From Desulfosudaceae bacterium (lineage in GTDB: Bacteria > Desulfobacterota > Desulfobacteria > Desulfobacterales > Desulfosudaceae): a stretch of 64,000 bases of DNA. Position numbers and translations under genes: made by a program. The notes under the pieces were generated by a model. That model was given only the letters and a program-made list of their open reading frames with translations. It made no database searches and was not told where the DNA came from. Shown here one piece after another: positions 9,613-18,809 of the stretch; position 1 is the stretch's first letter; every line of letters begins with the position of its first letter. The DNA lies in contig CAXXDV010000001.1 of assembly GCA_963674745.2 (NCBI GenBank), positions 416,001 through 480,000 of the forward strand, written 5' to 3'.

Positions 9613-9879
9613 ATGACAAACGACAAGGCCCTGGCCGTATTCGAGAACTTCAAGATCCGGCGACGTTATGACGAAAAATCGGACGTCTGGTATTTTTCCG
9701 TGGTGGACATTATCGCGGCCCTGATCCAGCAGCCGGATCACCAGACCGCACGGAAGTATTGGAATAAACTCAAAGAACGGCTCAAGAAAGAAGGCAGTCA
9801 GTCGGTGACAAATTGTCACCAACTGAAACTGCCGGCCGCCGACGGGAAGATGCGGCTGAAAGGAAGCGAAGATGAGTAA
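9613..9879 (+). pseudogene. Truncated Bro-N domain (antirepressor-like) protein
   Basis: IRRRYD...WYFSVVDII...ARKYWNKLKERLKKEG..SVTNCHQLKL.AADGKMR, ending abruptly at the helicase start. Confidence 0.65.
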
Positions 9880-12430
9880 CGCCTTCTTCCCTCCCCGGCC
9901 TGAATCGCGGCCCACGATTTACGCTTACGAGGATACCCATCCGCAGTACGCGGGTTTGCTCAAGGTCGGGTATACGACCGTGGACGCGCAGACACGCGTT
10001 GCCCAGCAGTATCCGACCCTGCGTCCCGGCGCACCACCCTACCGAATTGTCCTGGAAGAAGCCGCCATGCGCGGCGACGGTACGGTCTTCACCGATCACG
10101 ACGTTCACCGCATGCTGCGGATCAACGGCATCAAGAACCCGCAAGGCGAGTGGTTTTGCTGCACGGTCGCCCAGGTCAAGGCGGCCATCATCGCCGTGCG
10201 CACCGGTCAATTGAACGAGGAAAACCGGTCCCTGGATTTTACCATGCGGCCCGAGCAGGAAGCAGCGGTAGAGAAAACAGCCGCCTACTTCGCCGGCTGG
10301 CGCAAGGATAAGGGCAACCGGAATAAACCGCCGCATTTCTTGTGGAACTGCAAGATGCGTTTCGGCAAGACCTTTGCCGCCTACCAGTTGGCCAAAAAGA
10401 TGGGCTGGCGCAAGGTGCTGGTGCTCACCTTCAAACCGGCGGTGCAAAGCGCCTGGGAAGAGGATTTGAAATGCCACGTAAATTTTGCGGGCTGGCAGTT
10501 TATCAAGCCCGGCGGCCTAACCTATGAACAGGCGAATAAGAAACGGCCGTTTGTCTGTTTTGGTTCGTTCCAGGACTATCTGGGCCGCAACCCCGACACG
10601 GGCGGCATCAAATCAAAGAACGAATGGGTTCATACGACCCACTGGGATTGCGTTATTCTGGACGAATACCACTACGGCGCCTGGCGGGAGACCGCCCGGG
10701 AGCTGTTTGAGGCCGAGGATAAGAAAGAAGTTGCCTTTGGTGTGGGGCAAGGCCTTGAGTTCTTAAAAGAGCGGGACGATAAAATAGCGGACATCATGCC
10801 GATCACCACAAACGGTTATCTCTACCTGTCCGGCACGCCGTTTCGGGCCATTGCTTCCGGCGAATTCATCGAAGAACAGATTTTCAACTGGACTTACTCC
10901 GATGAACAGCGGGCCAAAAACGACTGGAAAGGTTCCGGCAACCCCTACGCGGCGTTGCCAAGGATGGTGTTGCTGACCTACCAGCTGCCGGACGCGATTC
11001 GGGAAATCGCCATGCAGGGTGAATTTAACGAGTTCGACCTGAATATCTTTTTTTCCGCCGAGGGGATCGGCAATAAGGCCAAATTCAAGTACGCGAGCGA
11101 GGTTCAGAAATGGCTTGACCTGATCCGGGGCGCGTTCCTGCCGACCAGCGTCGACAGCCTGAAACTCGGCGCGCGCAAGCCGCCCATGCCGTTCTCGGAT
11201 GTGCGGCTGCTGGGCGTGCTTTCCCATTCCTTCTGGTTTTTACCGAGCGTGGCGGCCTGCTACGCCATGCGCAATCTGCTGGCCAAACGGCAGAACCGGT
11301 TCTACCACGACTACGAGGTCATTGTAGCGGCCGGGAACGCCGCCGGAATCGGCGTGGCGGCCCTGGCCCCGGTCCAGGAGGCCATGGACGATCCCCTGAC
11401 CACCAAAACCATCACCCTTTCCTGCGGCAAGCTGACCACCGGCGTAACGGTCAAGCCGTGGACGGGGATTTTGATGCTGCGCAACTCATCTGTTCCGGAG
11501 ACATATTTCCAGGCGGCTTTCCGGGTACAATCGCCATGGACGGTCCGTAATCCGGGCGGCGCCTCTCCCAATTCCGAGCAGATTATCAAGGAGGAATGTT
11601 ATGTTTTTGACTTTGCGCCGGACCGGGCCTTGCGCCAGATTGCGGATTACAGTTGCCGGTTGAACGTCAATGAAGAGAACCAGGAAAAAAAGGTCGAGGA
11701 ATTTATCAGCTTCCTGCCGGTTCTGGCGTATGACGGCAGTTCCATGAAACAGATCGACGCCGCCGGGATTCTCGACATGGCCATGAGCGGCACGACGGCC
11801 ACCCTGCTGGCCCGGCGCTGGGAAAGCGCCTTGCTGGTGAATGTGGACAACGACACCCTGCATCGCCTGATGGATAACAAAAAGGCCATGGATGCCCTCA
11901 TGAGCATCGAAGGGTTCCGCACCCTGAATCAGGACATCGAGACCATCATCAACAAGTCCGAAGCCGTGAAAAAGGCCCGCAAAGAGGCCAACGACCAGGA
12001 ACTGTCCGCACAACAGAAGAAGGAACTTTCCCAGGAGGAAAAGGAGTACAAGAGCCGCAGAAAACAGATCCAGGAAAAGATCATCAAGTTCGCCACTCGC
12101 ATTCCCATCTTCATGTACCTGACCGACTTTCGCGAGCGGACCCTGAAGGACGTGATTACCCAACTGGAACCGGGCCTGTTCAAGAAGGTGACGGGCCTGA
12201 CCGTGACCGACTTCGAGCTACTGGTCAGCCTGGGGCTGTTCAACAGCGCCTTGATGAATGACGCCATTTACAAGTTCAAGCGATATGAAGACGCCAGCCT
12301 GAGTTACACCGGAATTTACAAACACGAAGGCGAGGACATCGGCCTTTACGATACGGTCATCACCCGAAATGACGCGGCCGGCATATTCGAGAACATTTCA
12401 GCCAACCCCCTCGCCCCACCAAACTCTTGA
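9872..12430 (+). CDS. GIY-YIG/T5orf172 nuclease fused to SF2 (ResIII-like) helicase; putative restriction subunit
   Basis: N-terminal IYAY..LLKVGYT..R....HRML..GEWF; helicase motifs KMRFGKT, DEYH, LSGTP, and QAAFRVQSP. Confidence 0.82.
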   Translation: MSNAFFPPRPESRPTIYAYEDTHPQYAGLLKVGYTTVDAQTRVAQQYPTLRPGAPPYRIVLEEAAMRGDGTVFTDHDVHRMLRINGIKNPQGEWFCCTVAQVKAAIIAVRTGQLNEENRSLDFTMRPEQEAAVEKTAAYFAGWRKDKGNRNKPPHFLWNCKMRFGKTFAAYQLAKKMGWRKVLVLTFKPAVQSAWEEDLKCHVNFAGWQFIKPGGLTYEQANKKRPFVCFGSFQDYLGRNPDTGGIKSKNEWVHTTHWDCVILDEYHYGAWRETARELFEAEDKKEVAFGVGQGLEFLKERDDKIADIMPITTNGYLYLSGTPFRAIASGEFIEEQIFNWTYSDEQRAKNDWKGSGNPYAALPRMVLLTYQLPDAIREIAMQGEFNEFDLNIFFSAEGIGNKAKFKYASEVQKWLDLIRGAFLPTSVDSLKLGARKPPMPFSDVRLLGVLSHSFWFLPSVAACYAMRNLLAKRQNRFYHDYEVIVAAGNAAGIGVAALAPVQEAMDDPLTTKTITLSCGKLTTGVTVKPWTGILMLRNSSVPETYFQAAFRVQSPWTVRNPGGASPNSEQIIKEECYVFDFAPDRALRQIADYSCRLNVNEENQEKKVEEFISFLPVLAYDGSSMKQIDAAGILDMAMSGTTATLLARRWESALLVNVDNDTLHRLMDNKKAMDALMSIEGFRTLNQDIETIINKSEAVKKARKEANDQELSAQQKKELSQEEKEYKSRRKQIQEKIIKFATRIPIFMYLTDFRERTLKDVITQLEPGLFKKVTGLTVTDFELLVSLGLFNSALMNDAIYKFKRYEDASLSYTGIYKHEGEDIGLYDTVITRNDAAGIFENISANPLAPPNS

Positions 12431-12559
12431 CATCATTCCCTTGGTTCACTAATCTTTTTAATATTATTTTCGCATAATATCGGGGAGGGAGTGTTTTCAT
12501 GCCGATAAATACGGCCTTATTTCCAATAGCAAGGGATTTTCGCGTTTTGGGCGGTTTTC

Positions 12560-12620
12560 CATGTTTGCTTCTTAATAATGGTAATAAATGAAAAATGTTC
12601 TACCTATTACGCTGTTGGGC
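12560..12620 (+). other. attI-like integron recombination junction (G^TTGGGC at 12614)
   Basis: GTTGGGCTGC (12614-12623) is a 9/10 complement of GCGGCCCAAC at the end of the next gene. There is no left attC arm upstream, and the flank is AT-rich. Confidence 0.5.
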
Positions 12621-12647
12621 TGCTCATATACACATTTGGAAATGAAA

Positions 12648-13343
12648 ATGGGAAATAAGAAACCAAGGAGTTATACGCAAGAAGATCTGTTAAAACTTTA
12701 TTTGCGCCTTAATGGCTTTTTCATCACTGGTTTTATCGTACATTCACCTGATTTTGGAAAGAATCGAACCGAAATTGATGCTCTCGCCATTCGCTTACCA
12801 CATAATGCAGAACCTGAAAGAGTCTTAGAACCCTCACCTTATTTAGAACCATCCATTGACCTTGTTGATTTTTTAATATGCGAGGTGAAAAGTAAGGGAC
12901 AAAAATTACGGTTCAATGATTCTCTCTGTAACTCTCTATCAGCTATTGAAAGTGTTTTGCGTTGGGGAGGCCTTTTTTGTGAAAAAGAAGTTATAGCGTT
13001 AGCCCCTGAGGTTCAAAATATTATCCAGCAAGCTAACCCATCTAAACAAGAAATACCCATGCTTCTTGGTCCACGAAAAACCCGTATTCGAGCAATTCTT
13101 TGTTCACCGGAAAGATGGAACAAGCGAAGCAATCAACCTTGGTTTATCAACGGTCAAGAAATTTTTGGCTATCTCTGGAAATGCTTTTGTCCAGATGAGC
13201 CGCGCAGCACTTGTTCAACAGTTTATGATTTTACAGCGTGGGGCAAAAGCTATGATCAACTGGTTAGATACTTCAAAGATAGAAAGCGGAAAAATCAATC
13301 ACAAGGCACGATTAATGATCTATATAAAGATCTTGGCATATAG
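12648..13343 (+). CDS. Uncharacterised PD-(D/E)XK nuclease-like protein (gene cassette 1)
   Basis: E..L..YLRLNGF, TEIDALAIR and LICEVKS fit the E..D..ExK restriction-endonuclease fold. AT-rich. Start placed inside the cassette (12642 is an alternative). Confidence 0.65.
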   Translation: MGNKKPRSYTQEDLLKLYLRLNGFFITGFIVHSPDFGKNRTEIDALAIRLPHNAEPERVLEPSPYLEPSIDLVDFLICEVKSKGQKLRFNDSLCNSLSAIESVLRWGGLFCEKEVIALAPEVQNIIQQANPSKQEIPMLLGPRKTRIRAILCSPERWNKRSNQPWFINGQEIFGYLWKCFCPDEPRSTCSTVYDFTAWGKSYDQLVRYFKDRKRKNQSQGTINDLYKDLGI

Positions 13344-13351
13344 TTACGGCG

Positions 13352-13413
13352 GCCCAACCTTTGCTCTCACGGCGACGGCAAAAAGACGCCGCTCGTGAAG
13401 CTGAGCGTTGGGC
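13352..13413 (+). mobile_element. Integron attC site (intact)
   Basis: R'' GCCCAAC, L'' GCTCTCAC, GGCG..CGCC stem, L' GTGAAGC, R' GTTGGGC. It is 62 bp, has one extrahelical base in the L box, and begins a few bases after the stop codon. Confidence 0.82.
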
Positions 13414-13447
13414 TGATACTCTGCCCAATAACAAATGAGGAGTCATT

Positions 13448-15955
13448 GTGGTTGATTTCGAAAAATTAAGAACCAAGAAGAAAAAAATGAAGGTTATAGA
13501 ACCCTCTGAAATTTTCCGTCGTTTACCTAAGCCACTTGGAATCAATGATCTCTACACAAGTCAAGCTGAGGTGCTCCATGCTTGGTTTGAAAATCGACAA
13601 GAACGTGACACGGTCATAAAGCTGCATACTGGTGGAGGTAAAACATTGGTTGGCCTTCTTATGGCTCAATCAACATTGAATGAAACTTCAGAACCTGTTC
13701 TTTATTTATCTTCGACAGTCCAACTTGTCAACCAGACTATAGAGAAAGCTATGGCTATTGGCATAAATGCCGTTGCATACGAACGGGGGCAGCCGTTGAG
13801 CGACGATTTCGTAAACGCAAATGCAGTAATGGTCGGCACATATAAGGCTTTATTTAATGGTCGGAGCAAATTTGGTCTTCGGGGTGACCCATTACCTCAG
13901 AGAGTATCAGCAGTCATCCTTGATGATGCCCATGCTGCTTTTTCGGTTGTGCGAGAATCTTTTACACTTGATGTCAAAGCCGAGCTGGATAGGGACAGAT
14001 ATGAATGTTTAGCTGGTTTGTTCCGAAAGGCATTTAAGGAAATAGATAAAATTGGGACATTTGATGATATTCTTGCGGGTTCTGAATATTCTGTTTTGGA
14101 AGTTCCTTATTGGGATTGGCATAAACAAATTGACGCTGTCCGTGAGCAAATAAGATCGGATGCAGACAAATATTCTTTAGTTTGGCCACTTTTAAGAGAT
14201 CAATTGCACCTTTGTCATGCGCTTATAAGCCGTAGTGCTTTCACTGTTACACCGGTACTTCCCCTTGTGAATGCATTTCCAACCTTCTTTGATGCATCAC
14301 GTCGCATTTACATGTCTGCAACAATAGCAGATGATAGCGATATCGTCCGTACATTTGATGCTACACCAGAAGCAGTGCAGAAGCCACTGACTTCTCGATC
14401 GTTGGCCGGTGTAAGTGAACGTATGATTTTGATTCCTGATCTGATGCCTTTCAAATTTAACGTGCCCGATGCGATTAAAAAACTTGTAAGATGGACTTCA
14501 AAGAAAAACCTTGGGGCAATAATTCTTGTCTCATCAGGTAAAGCTGCTGAAAAATGGGTAGAGTGTGCGACTGTTGCAAAGGGCTCTACTGAAGTCGAAA
14601 AACTTGTAGCCGACCTGCAAGAAAGGACAACATCGGGACCTGCTGTATTTGCAAACCGATACGACGGTATCGATTTGCCAGGGGACTCGTGTCGGTTGCT
14701 TGTCATGAGCGGCCTGCCTGCTGGAACATCAAATTACGAACTTTTTCGAGCAGCTGCACTTTTTGGGGGTGCAACAATTACTAGGATGCTCGCCCAACGA
14801 ATTGAGCAAGGCATTGGAAGGGGAGCCCGAGGATCTGGTGATCATTGTGTAGTCCTGCTTGCTGGGGCAGATATCGCAGGCTGGATAGCAAAAGACGCAA
14901 ATTTTAAGCTTTTAACCAACGCCACAAGAGCTCAGCTTGAAATGGGTGCTGAGATCAGCAAGGAAGTGAGCGATCTTAAGGATCTTGCACAAACAATCAA
15001 ACGGAGTTTCGATCGCGATAAAGGATGGGTTGAATATCACGCAGAAACACTCGCTGAACTGGTTGAGGAAGAAGCGCCAGACCAATTGCGTTTTATACAA
15101 GCCGCTGGGGAAAGAAAAGCAATTAATTTATGGATCGACGGCTATCATGGGCAGGCAATATCGAAAATTGAGAAAACGCTGCTTAAAATAAATACTTTGG
15201 ATTTACAAATTTGCGGTTGGATGGAACAATTAGCTGGTCGTATAGCCGATCATTGGGGACACCCTGAACGGGCGGATGATTTCCAGCGACAAGCATTCGC
15301 ACATAATCGTTGCCTAATTCGCCCGAAAGTTATTCCCCCTTATCGCCCGCTATCAACGCCCGGTGCTCAAACGCAGGCAATTGTAAGTCAACTTACTGAT
15401 TATCGATTAAGACGAGGGTTTTTACAGTCTTTTGAGGAGGTTGTCGCGCGTTTACACCATTGCTCATCCGCAAATCAATTTGAACAGGCTTTGGCTGATC
15501 TTGCAATCATGATTGGGTTTTCCTCCGAGCGACATGATGTAAATGGCCAAGGGCCAGATGTATTATGGCTTTTGCCAGAAAAAATTGGATTTGTCATTGA
15601 AGCAAAAAGCCGAAAAAAGGAAAAAAAGGCACTTACTAAAGAGGAGCATGGACAACTCTTAGTCGCTGCCGAATGGTTTAATGCCAACTATAAAGGATAT
15701 GAATGTGTACGTGTGAGTGTGCATCCTAAAAATCAAGCGACCAAAGCTGCCGTTGCAGGTGCATCACACGCCTTAACCTATGAAAAATTAGCGCTCCTTG
15801 TTTCAGATTCTCGTTCTCTTCTTTCTGCTCTTTGCGAGTCCCAACTTCCGGCAGAGAATCTCGTGGCAGAGTGTCAAAGACTTTTATCATGTTCATCAAT
15901 AAAATCAGGAAAAATTATAGAGAATTATTTACTTCCTTTTAAAGAAACTGAATGA
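13448..15955 (+). CDS. SF2 (DinG/XPD-like) helicase with C-terminal PD-(D/E)XK nuclease; Hna-like anti-phage candidate (gene cassette 2)
   Basis: LHTGGGKT, LDDAH, MSAT, RYDGIDLP, and QGIGRGAR motifs; C-terminal GPDVLW...VIEAKS. Confidence 0.78.
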   Translation: MVDFEKLRTKKKKMKVIEPSEIFRRLPKPLGINDLYTSQAEVLHAWFENRQERDTVIKLHTGGGKTLVGLLMAQSTLNETSEPVLYLSSTVQLVNQTIEKAMAIGINAVAYERGQPLSDDFVNANAVMVGTYKALFNGRSKFGLRGDPLPQRVSAVILDDAHAAFSVVRESFTLDVKAELDRDRYECLAGLFRKAFKEIDKIGTFDDILAGSEYSVLEVPYWDWHKQIDAVREQIRSDADKYSLVWPLLRDQLHLCHALISRSAFTVTPVLPLVNAFPTFFDASRRIYMSATIADDSDIVRTFDATPEAVQKPLTSRSLAGVSERMILIPDLMPFKFNVPDAIKKLVRWTSKKNLGAIILVSSGKAAEKWVECATVAKGSTEVEKLVADLQERTTSGPAVFANRYDGIDLPGDSCRLLVMSGLPAGTSNYELFRAAALFGGATITRMLAQRIEQGIGRGARGSGDHCVVLLAGADIAGWIAKDANFKLLTNATRAQLEMGAEISKEVSDLKDLAQTIKRSFDRDKGWVEYHAETLAELVEEEAPDQLRFIQAAGERKAINLWIDGYHGQAISKIEKTLLKINTLDLQICGWMEQLAGRIADHWGHPERADDFQRQAFAHNRCLIRPKVIPPYRPLSTPGAQTQAIVSQLTDYRLRRGFLQSFEEVVARLHHCSSANQFEQALADLAIMIGFSSERHDVNGQGPDVLWLLPEKIGFVIEAKSRKKEKKALTKEEHGQLLVAAEWFNANYKGYECVRVSVHPKNQATKAAVAGASHALTYEKLALLVSDSRSLLSALCESQLPAENLVAECQRLLSCSSIKSGKIIENYLLPFKETE

Positions 15956-15961
15956 ATGAGA

Positions 15962-16021
15962 ACTCAACAATTTGCTGCAAGGGATCGCAAAAAGCCGCTC
16001 CCCGTGAGCAACACGTCCGGC
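15962..16021 (+). mobile_element. Integron attC site (degenerate R')
   Basis: ACTCAAC..TTGCTGCAAGGGA..TCCCCGTGAGCAA..GTCCGGC; 60 bp. The GTT core reads GTC. Confidence 0.65.
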
Positions 16022-16036
16022 ATAAAGGAGTAGTTC

Positions 16037-17821
16037 ATGAATGATTCCCCACTTATTACTTTGTTTAAAGAACAATTAGAGAATGAATCTTTATCGATAG
16101 CTCAAACCTTAGGATTATCAAAACGTGGGGACCATCTAATATGGTGGTATTTTAGGAAATTATTTGGATTATCTGATGCAGAAATTTCTGAAATAATCTG
16201 CGATGGTGGCAATGATTTGGGCATTGACGCTGTATATATAGATCCTGACAATTATGTCCATTTTTTTCAATTTAAAAATCCAGAATCTGTTGATAATATC
16301 ATGGCTGCAGGGGACATAGACAAAATGTTATCCGGTTTGCATCTTATTTTAGAAAGGAACCATGATAAAATTGCCAATGAAGAATTAAGGGGAAGGGTCG
16401 AAGAAATCTATCAAATCATACCAAATGGGTATCGTATCCATATAATAACATCTGGAAATGAAATTCCTAAAGAATCTAAGATAAAAATAGAATCTTTTAT
16501 TGATAGCCTTCAAGGACCATCAGAGGATTTCATTTCATGGATTGTTGAGAATATAAAATACCTTCAGGATACATTTTACAGGAAATCCCTACCTGTAATC
16601 GAAGACAACATTGTTTTTTCGATCGAAAGGGGAATCCCCTATCAAGTTCGATCGGCAAACCATGATTGTTATATTCTGCATTCTACTGGAAAATTTTTGG
16701 CTGAACTATATGACAAATACGGCGAACAACTTTTGCAACAAAATATAAGGGTTTATCGTGGCGACAGATCAACAAATGCAGCTATAAGACAAACCTGCAT
16801 TGGGGAAGAATCTGCTAATTTTTTTCACTTTAATAATGGCATAACTTTTTTATGTGAAGAGGCCAAATGGGATCAGTTTACGGGTGTTTTAACTCTTAAA
16901 AAGGCGCAAATAGTAAATGGTGGCCAAACAGCACGTGTTATATACCGCTCGTATAATGATGGTAATTTGAAGGGAGATGTTTTAATCCCTATCCGGGTAA
17001 TCACCTCTCAAGGTGATAAGGATTTCGCAAATAACGTCGCTGTGAATCTAAACAATCAAAATACAGTTGAAAGCAGTTTCTTAAGATCGAACCACCCAAG
17101 TATAATCCAGCTTTCGAACTCAATGGCGACACTTGGGTGGTATTTGGAGAGAAGGGAAGATGAACTTAAGTATTTGACGGATGGAGAAAGGCAAGAAATA
17201 GAACAAAAAATTGGCCAATCTTTAGACGGGCATGTTATCCCCATCAAAGCAGGAACCCAAGCCTATGCTGCAACTTTCTATAGACAGCCGGAGTTAGCGA
17301 AAAAAAATCTTAAATTACTATTTATGAATAGAAGTGACAATGGGCATTTTGATAGAATATTTAACGCTAATTTAACTGCTGAAAACTTTTTAAACTCTTT
17401 CAGGATAAAACAACATATTGATGATTATGTCAAAAGATTTGGTACAATGAAAAGAAGAAAAGCAAGAATTGATGGATGGAAAGATGAATACAAAGATTTT
17501 TTAGGTGAATCAATTTACGATAATTATATTGATATCATTGATCAAGTTATCCCTCAATCTGCTGTTTTTGTCACGGCTGTTATTTTTGAAAAAAATGTAA
17601 AAATAAAAGGAGTAAGTGTTGATAATCTATTAGATGTATTAAATGAAAATTCGGATTCTTTAATTAACGGAATCATTTCAAAAATTTTAAATTTTGCAAA
17701 GAATAATCCAGAAGTTGCCAATAAAAGTTGGCCAACTTTATTAAAGAGCCAGACTTTTTTTAATCATATTTGTGCTTATCTAAGTGGCCTTGAAGAAAGA
17801 AGTGCTGAACAAGCGGATTAA
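16037..17821 (+). CDS. AIPR family protein (gene cassette 3)
   Basis: N-terminal DGGNDLGIDA..FFQFK; AIPR motifs QNIRVY, FFHFNNGIT, QIVNGGQT, and NNQN. Confidence 0.88.
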   Translation: MNDSPLITLFKEQLENESLSIAQTLGLSKRGDHLIWWYFRKLFGLSDAEISEIICDGGNDLGIDAVYIDPDNYVHFFQFKNPESVDNIMAAGDIDKMLSGLHLILERNHDKIANEELRGRVEEIYQIIPNGYRIHIITSGNEIPKESKIKIESFIDSLQGPSEDFISWIVENIKYLQDTFYRKSLPVIEDNIVFSIERGIPYQVRSANHDCYILHSTGKFLAELYDKYGEQLLQQNIRVYRGDRSTNAAIRQTCIGEESANFFHFNNGITFLCEEAKWDQFTGVLTLKKAQIVNGGQTARVIYRSYNDGNLKGDVLIPIRVITSQGDKDFANNVAVNLNNQNTVESSFLRSNHPSIIQLSNSMATLGWYLERREDELKYLTDGERQEIEQKIGQSLDGHVIPIKAGTQAYAATFYRQPELAKKNLKLLFMNRSDNGHFDRIFNANLTAENFLNSFRIKQHIDDYVKRFGTMKRRKARIDGWKDEYKDFLGESIYDNYIDIIDQVIPQSAVFVTAVIFEKNVKIKGVSVDNLLDVLNENSDSLINGIISKILNFAKNNPEVANKSWPTLLKSQTFFNHICAYLSGLEERSAEQAD

Positions 17822-17856
17822 CTTTGATCCAAAAAACCTGGCGCTTTTTGTGGGTA
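17804..17856 (+). mobile_element. Truncated attC site (left arm only)
   Basis: GCTGAAC-aagcGGATTAAC followed by a CAAAAA..TTTTTG stem. The AIPR stop lies in the L'' box, and no L'/R' arm is recognisable. Confidence 0.45.
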
Positions 17857-17888
17857 AGACCAAACGCTACAAATTAGGTGGAAATTCG

Positions 17889-18765
17889 ATGAAAAAGAAT
17901 AGCCAGATGCCGAAATACCATGAGCTCATGAACCCACTTCTTAAAGCGCTTCATGAATTGGGCGGCTCAGGTTCCATTGAAGAGATTGCGCAAAAAGTTT
18001 CAGAATTATCCGGCTTACCGGAAGAGATATTGAATATTCCGCATAACCCGGAAAAGAGCAGTCAGACTGAAATTGAATATCGTTTGGCCTGGGCACGCTC
18101 CTATCTGAAAAAATATGGTTTATTGGACAATTCAGATAGAGGTGTCTGGCTGATTGTTCCTGAAAAACGCGATGTAAAAACGGTTGATCCCCAAGTTGTT
18201 GTAAAAACAGTACGAGACGAACACAAAAAACAAAAAGCGGCCAGCGAAAAGGCAAAAACAGAAGAAGATGTGGAAGACGATATTGAAATTCCGGATGAGG
18301 CTGAGTCCTGGCGTGGCGCCCTCCATCATGTCCTCATAAACGAAATATCGCCGGATGCTTTTGAAAGATTAACAAAAAGAATTCTAAGGGAATCCGGGTT
18401 TGTGCAGGTTGAAGTAACGGGCCGTTCCGGGGATGGTGGAATCGACGGTAAAGGCATCATGCGATTAAGTGGTCTGCTGAGTTTTCACGTAATTTTTCAG
18501 TGCAAGAAATACAAGGGTACCGTTACGCCTCGGATATTCGTGATTTCAGAGGGGCAATGATAGGGCGGGCCGACAAGGGCCTTTTATCACAACAGGCACT
18601 TTTACTCGCGATGCTGTCCGCGAGGCAACAAGGGATGGGGCGCCACCGATCGATCTTGTTGATGGGGACCAGCTCGCGGACAAGTTAAAGGAATTGGGGC
18701 TTGGAATAAAAAAAGAAATGGTCGAAAAAATTTCAATCGATACGGAGTGGTTCAAATCAATATAG
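17889..18765 (+). pseudogene. mrr: Mrr family restriction endonuclease with two frameshifts
   Basis: Mrr_N (YRLAWARSYLK..GLL....RGVW) and catalytic FE...GRSGDGGIDG..QCKKY. The C-terminus continues only after single-base losses at about 18526 and 18582-18585 (SDIRDFRGAM.. / ITTGTFTRDAVREA..IDLVDG). Confidence 0.85.
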
Positions 18766-18809
18766 GATGTATCAAGGAAAAAGATAAAGATCGTAGAGGG
18801 AAAAACAGA

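Noticed and set aside
12430..12500. Possible N-terminal remnant of an integron integrase on the minus strand (MKTLPPRYY...)
   Set aside because: No tyrosine-recombinase motifs are visible; position alone is not enough evidence.
17784..17888. N-terminal extension of mrr in the ORF track
   Set aside because: It overlaps the AIPR end and the attC remnant. Mrr similarity begins at ATG 17889, which has an upstream AGGTGG RBS.
18747..18809. N-terminal extension of rhuM, or an attC between mrr and rhuM
   Set aside because: It overlaps the true mrr end. No RYYYAAC/GTTRRRY pair is seen, so mrr and rhuM are not called cassettes.
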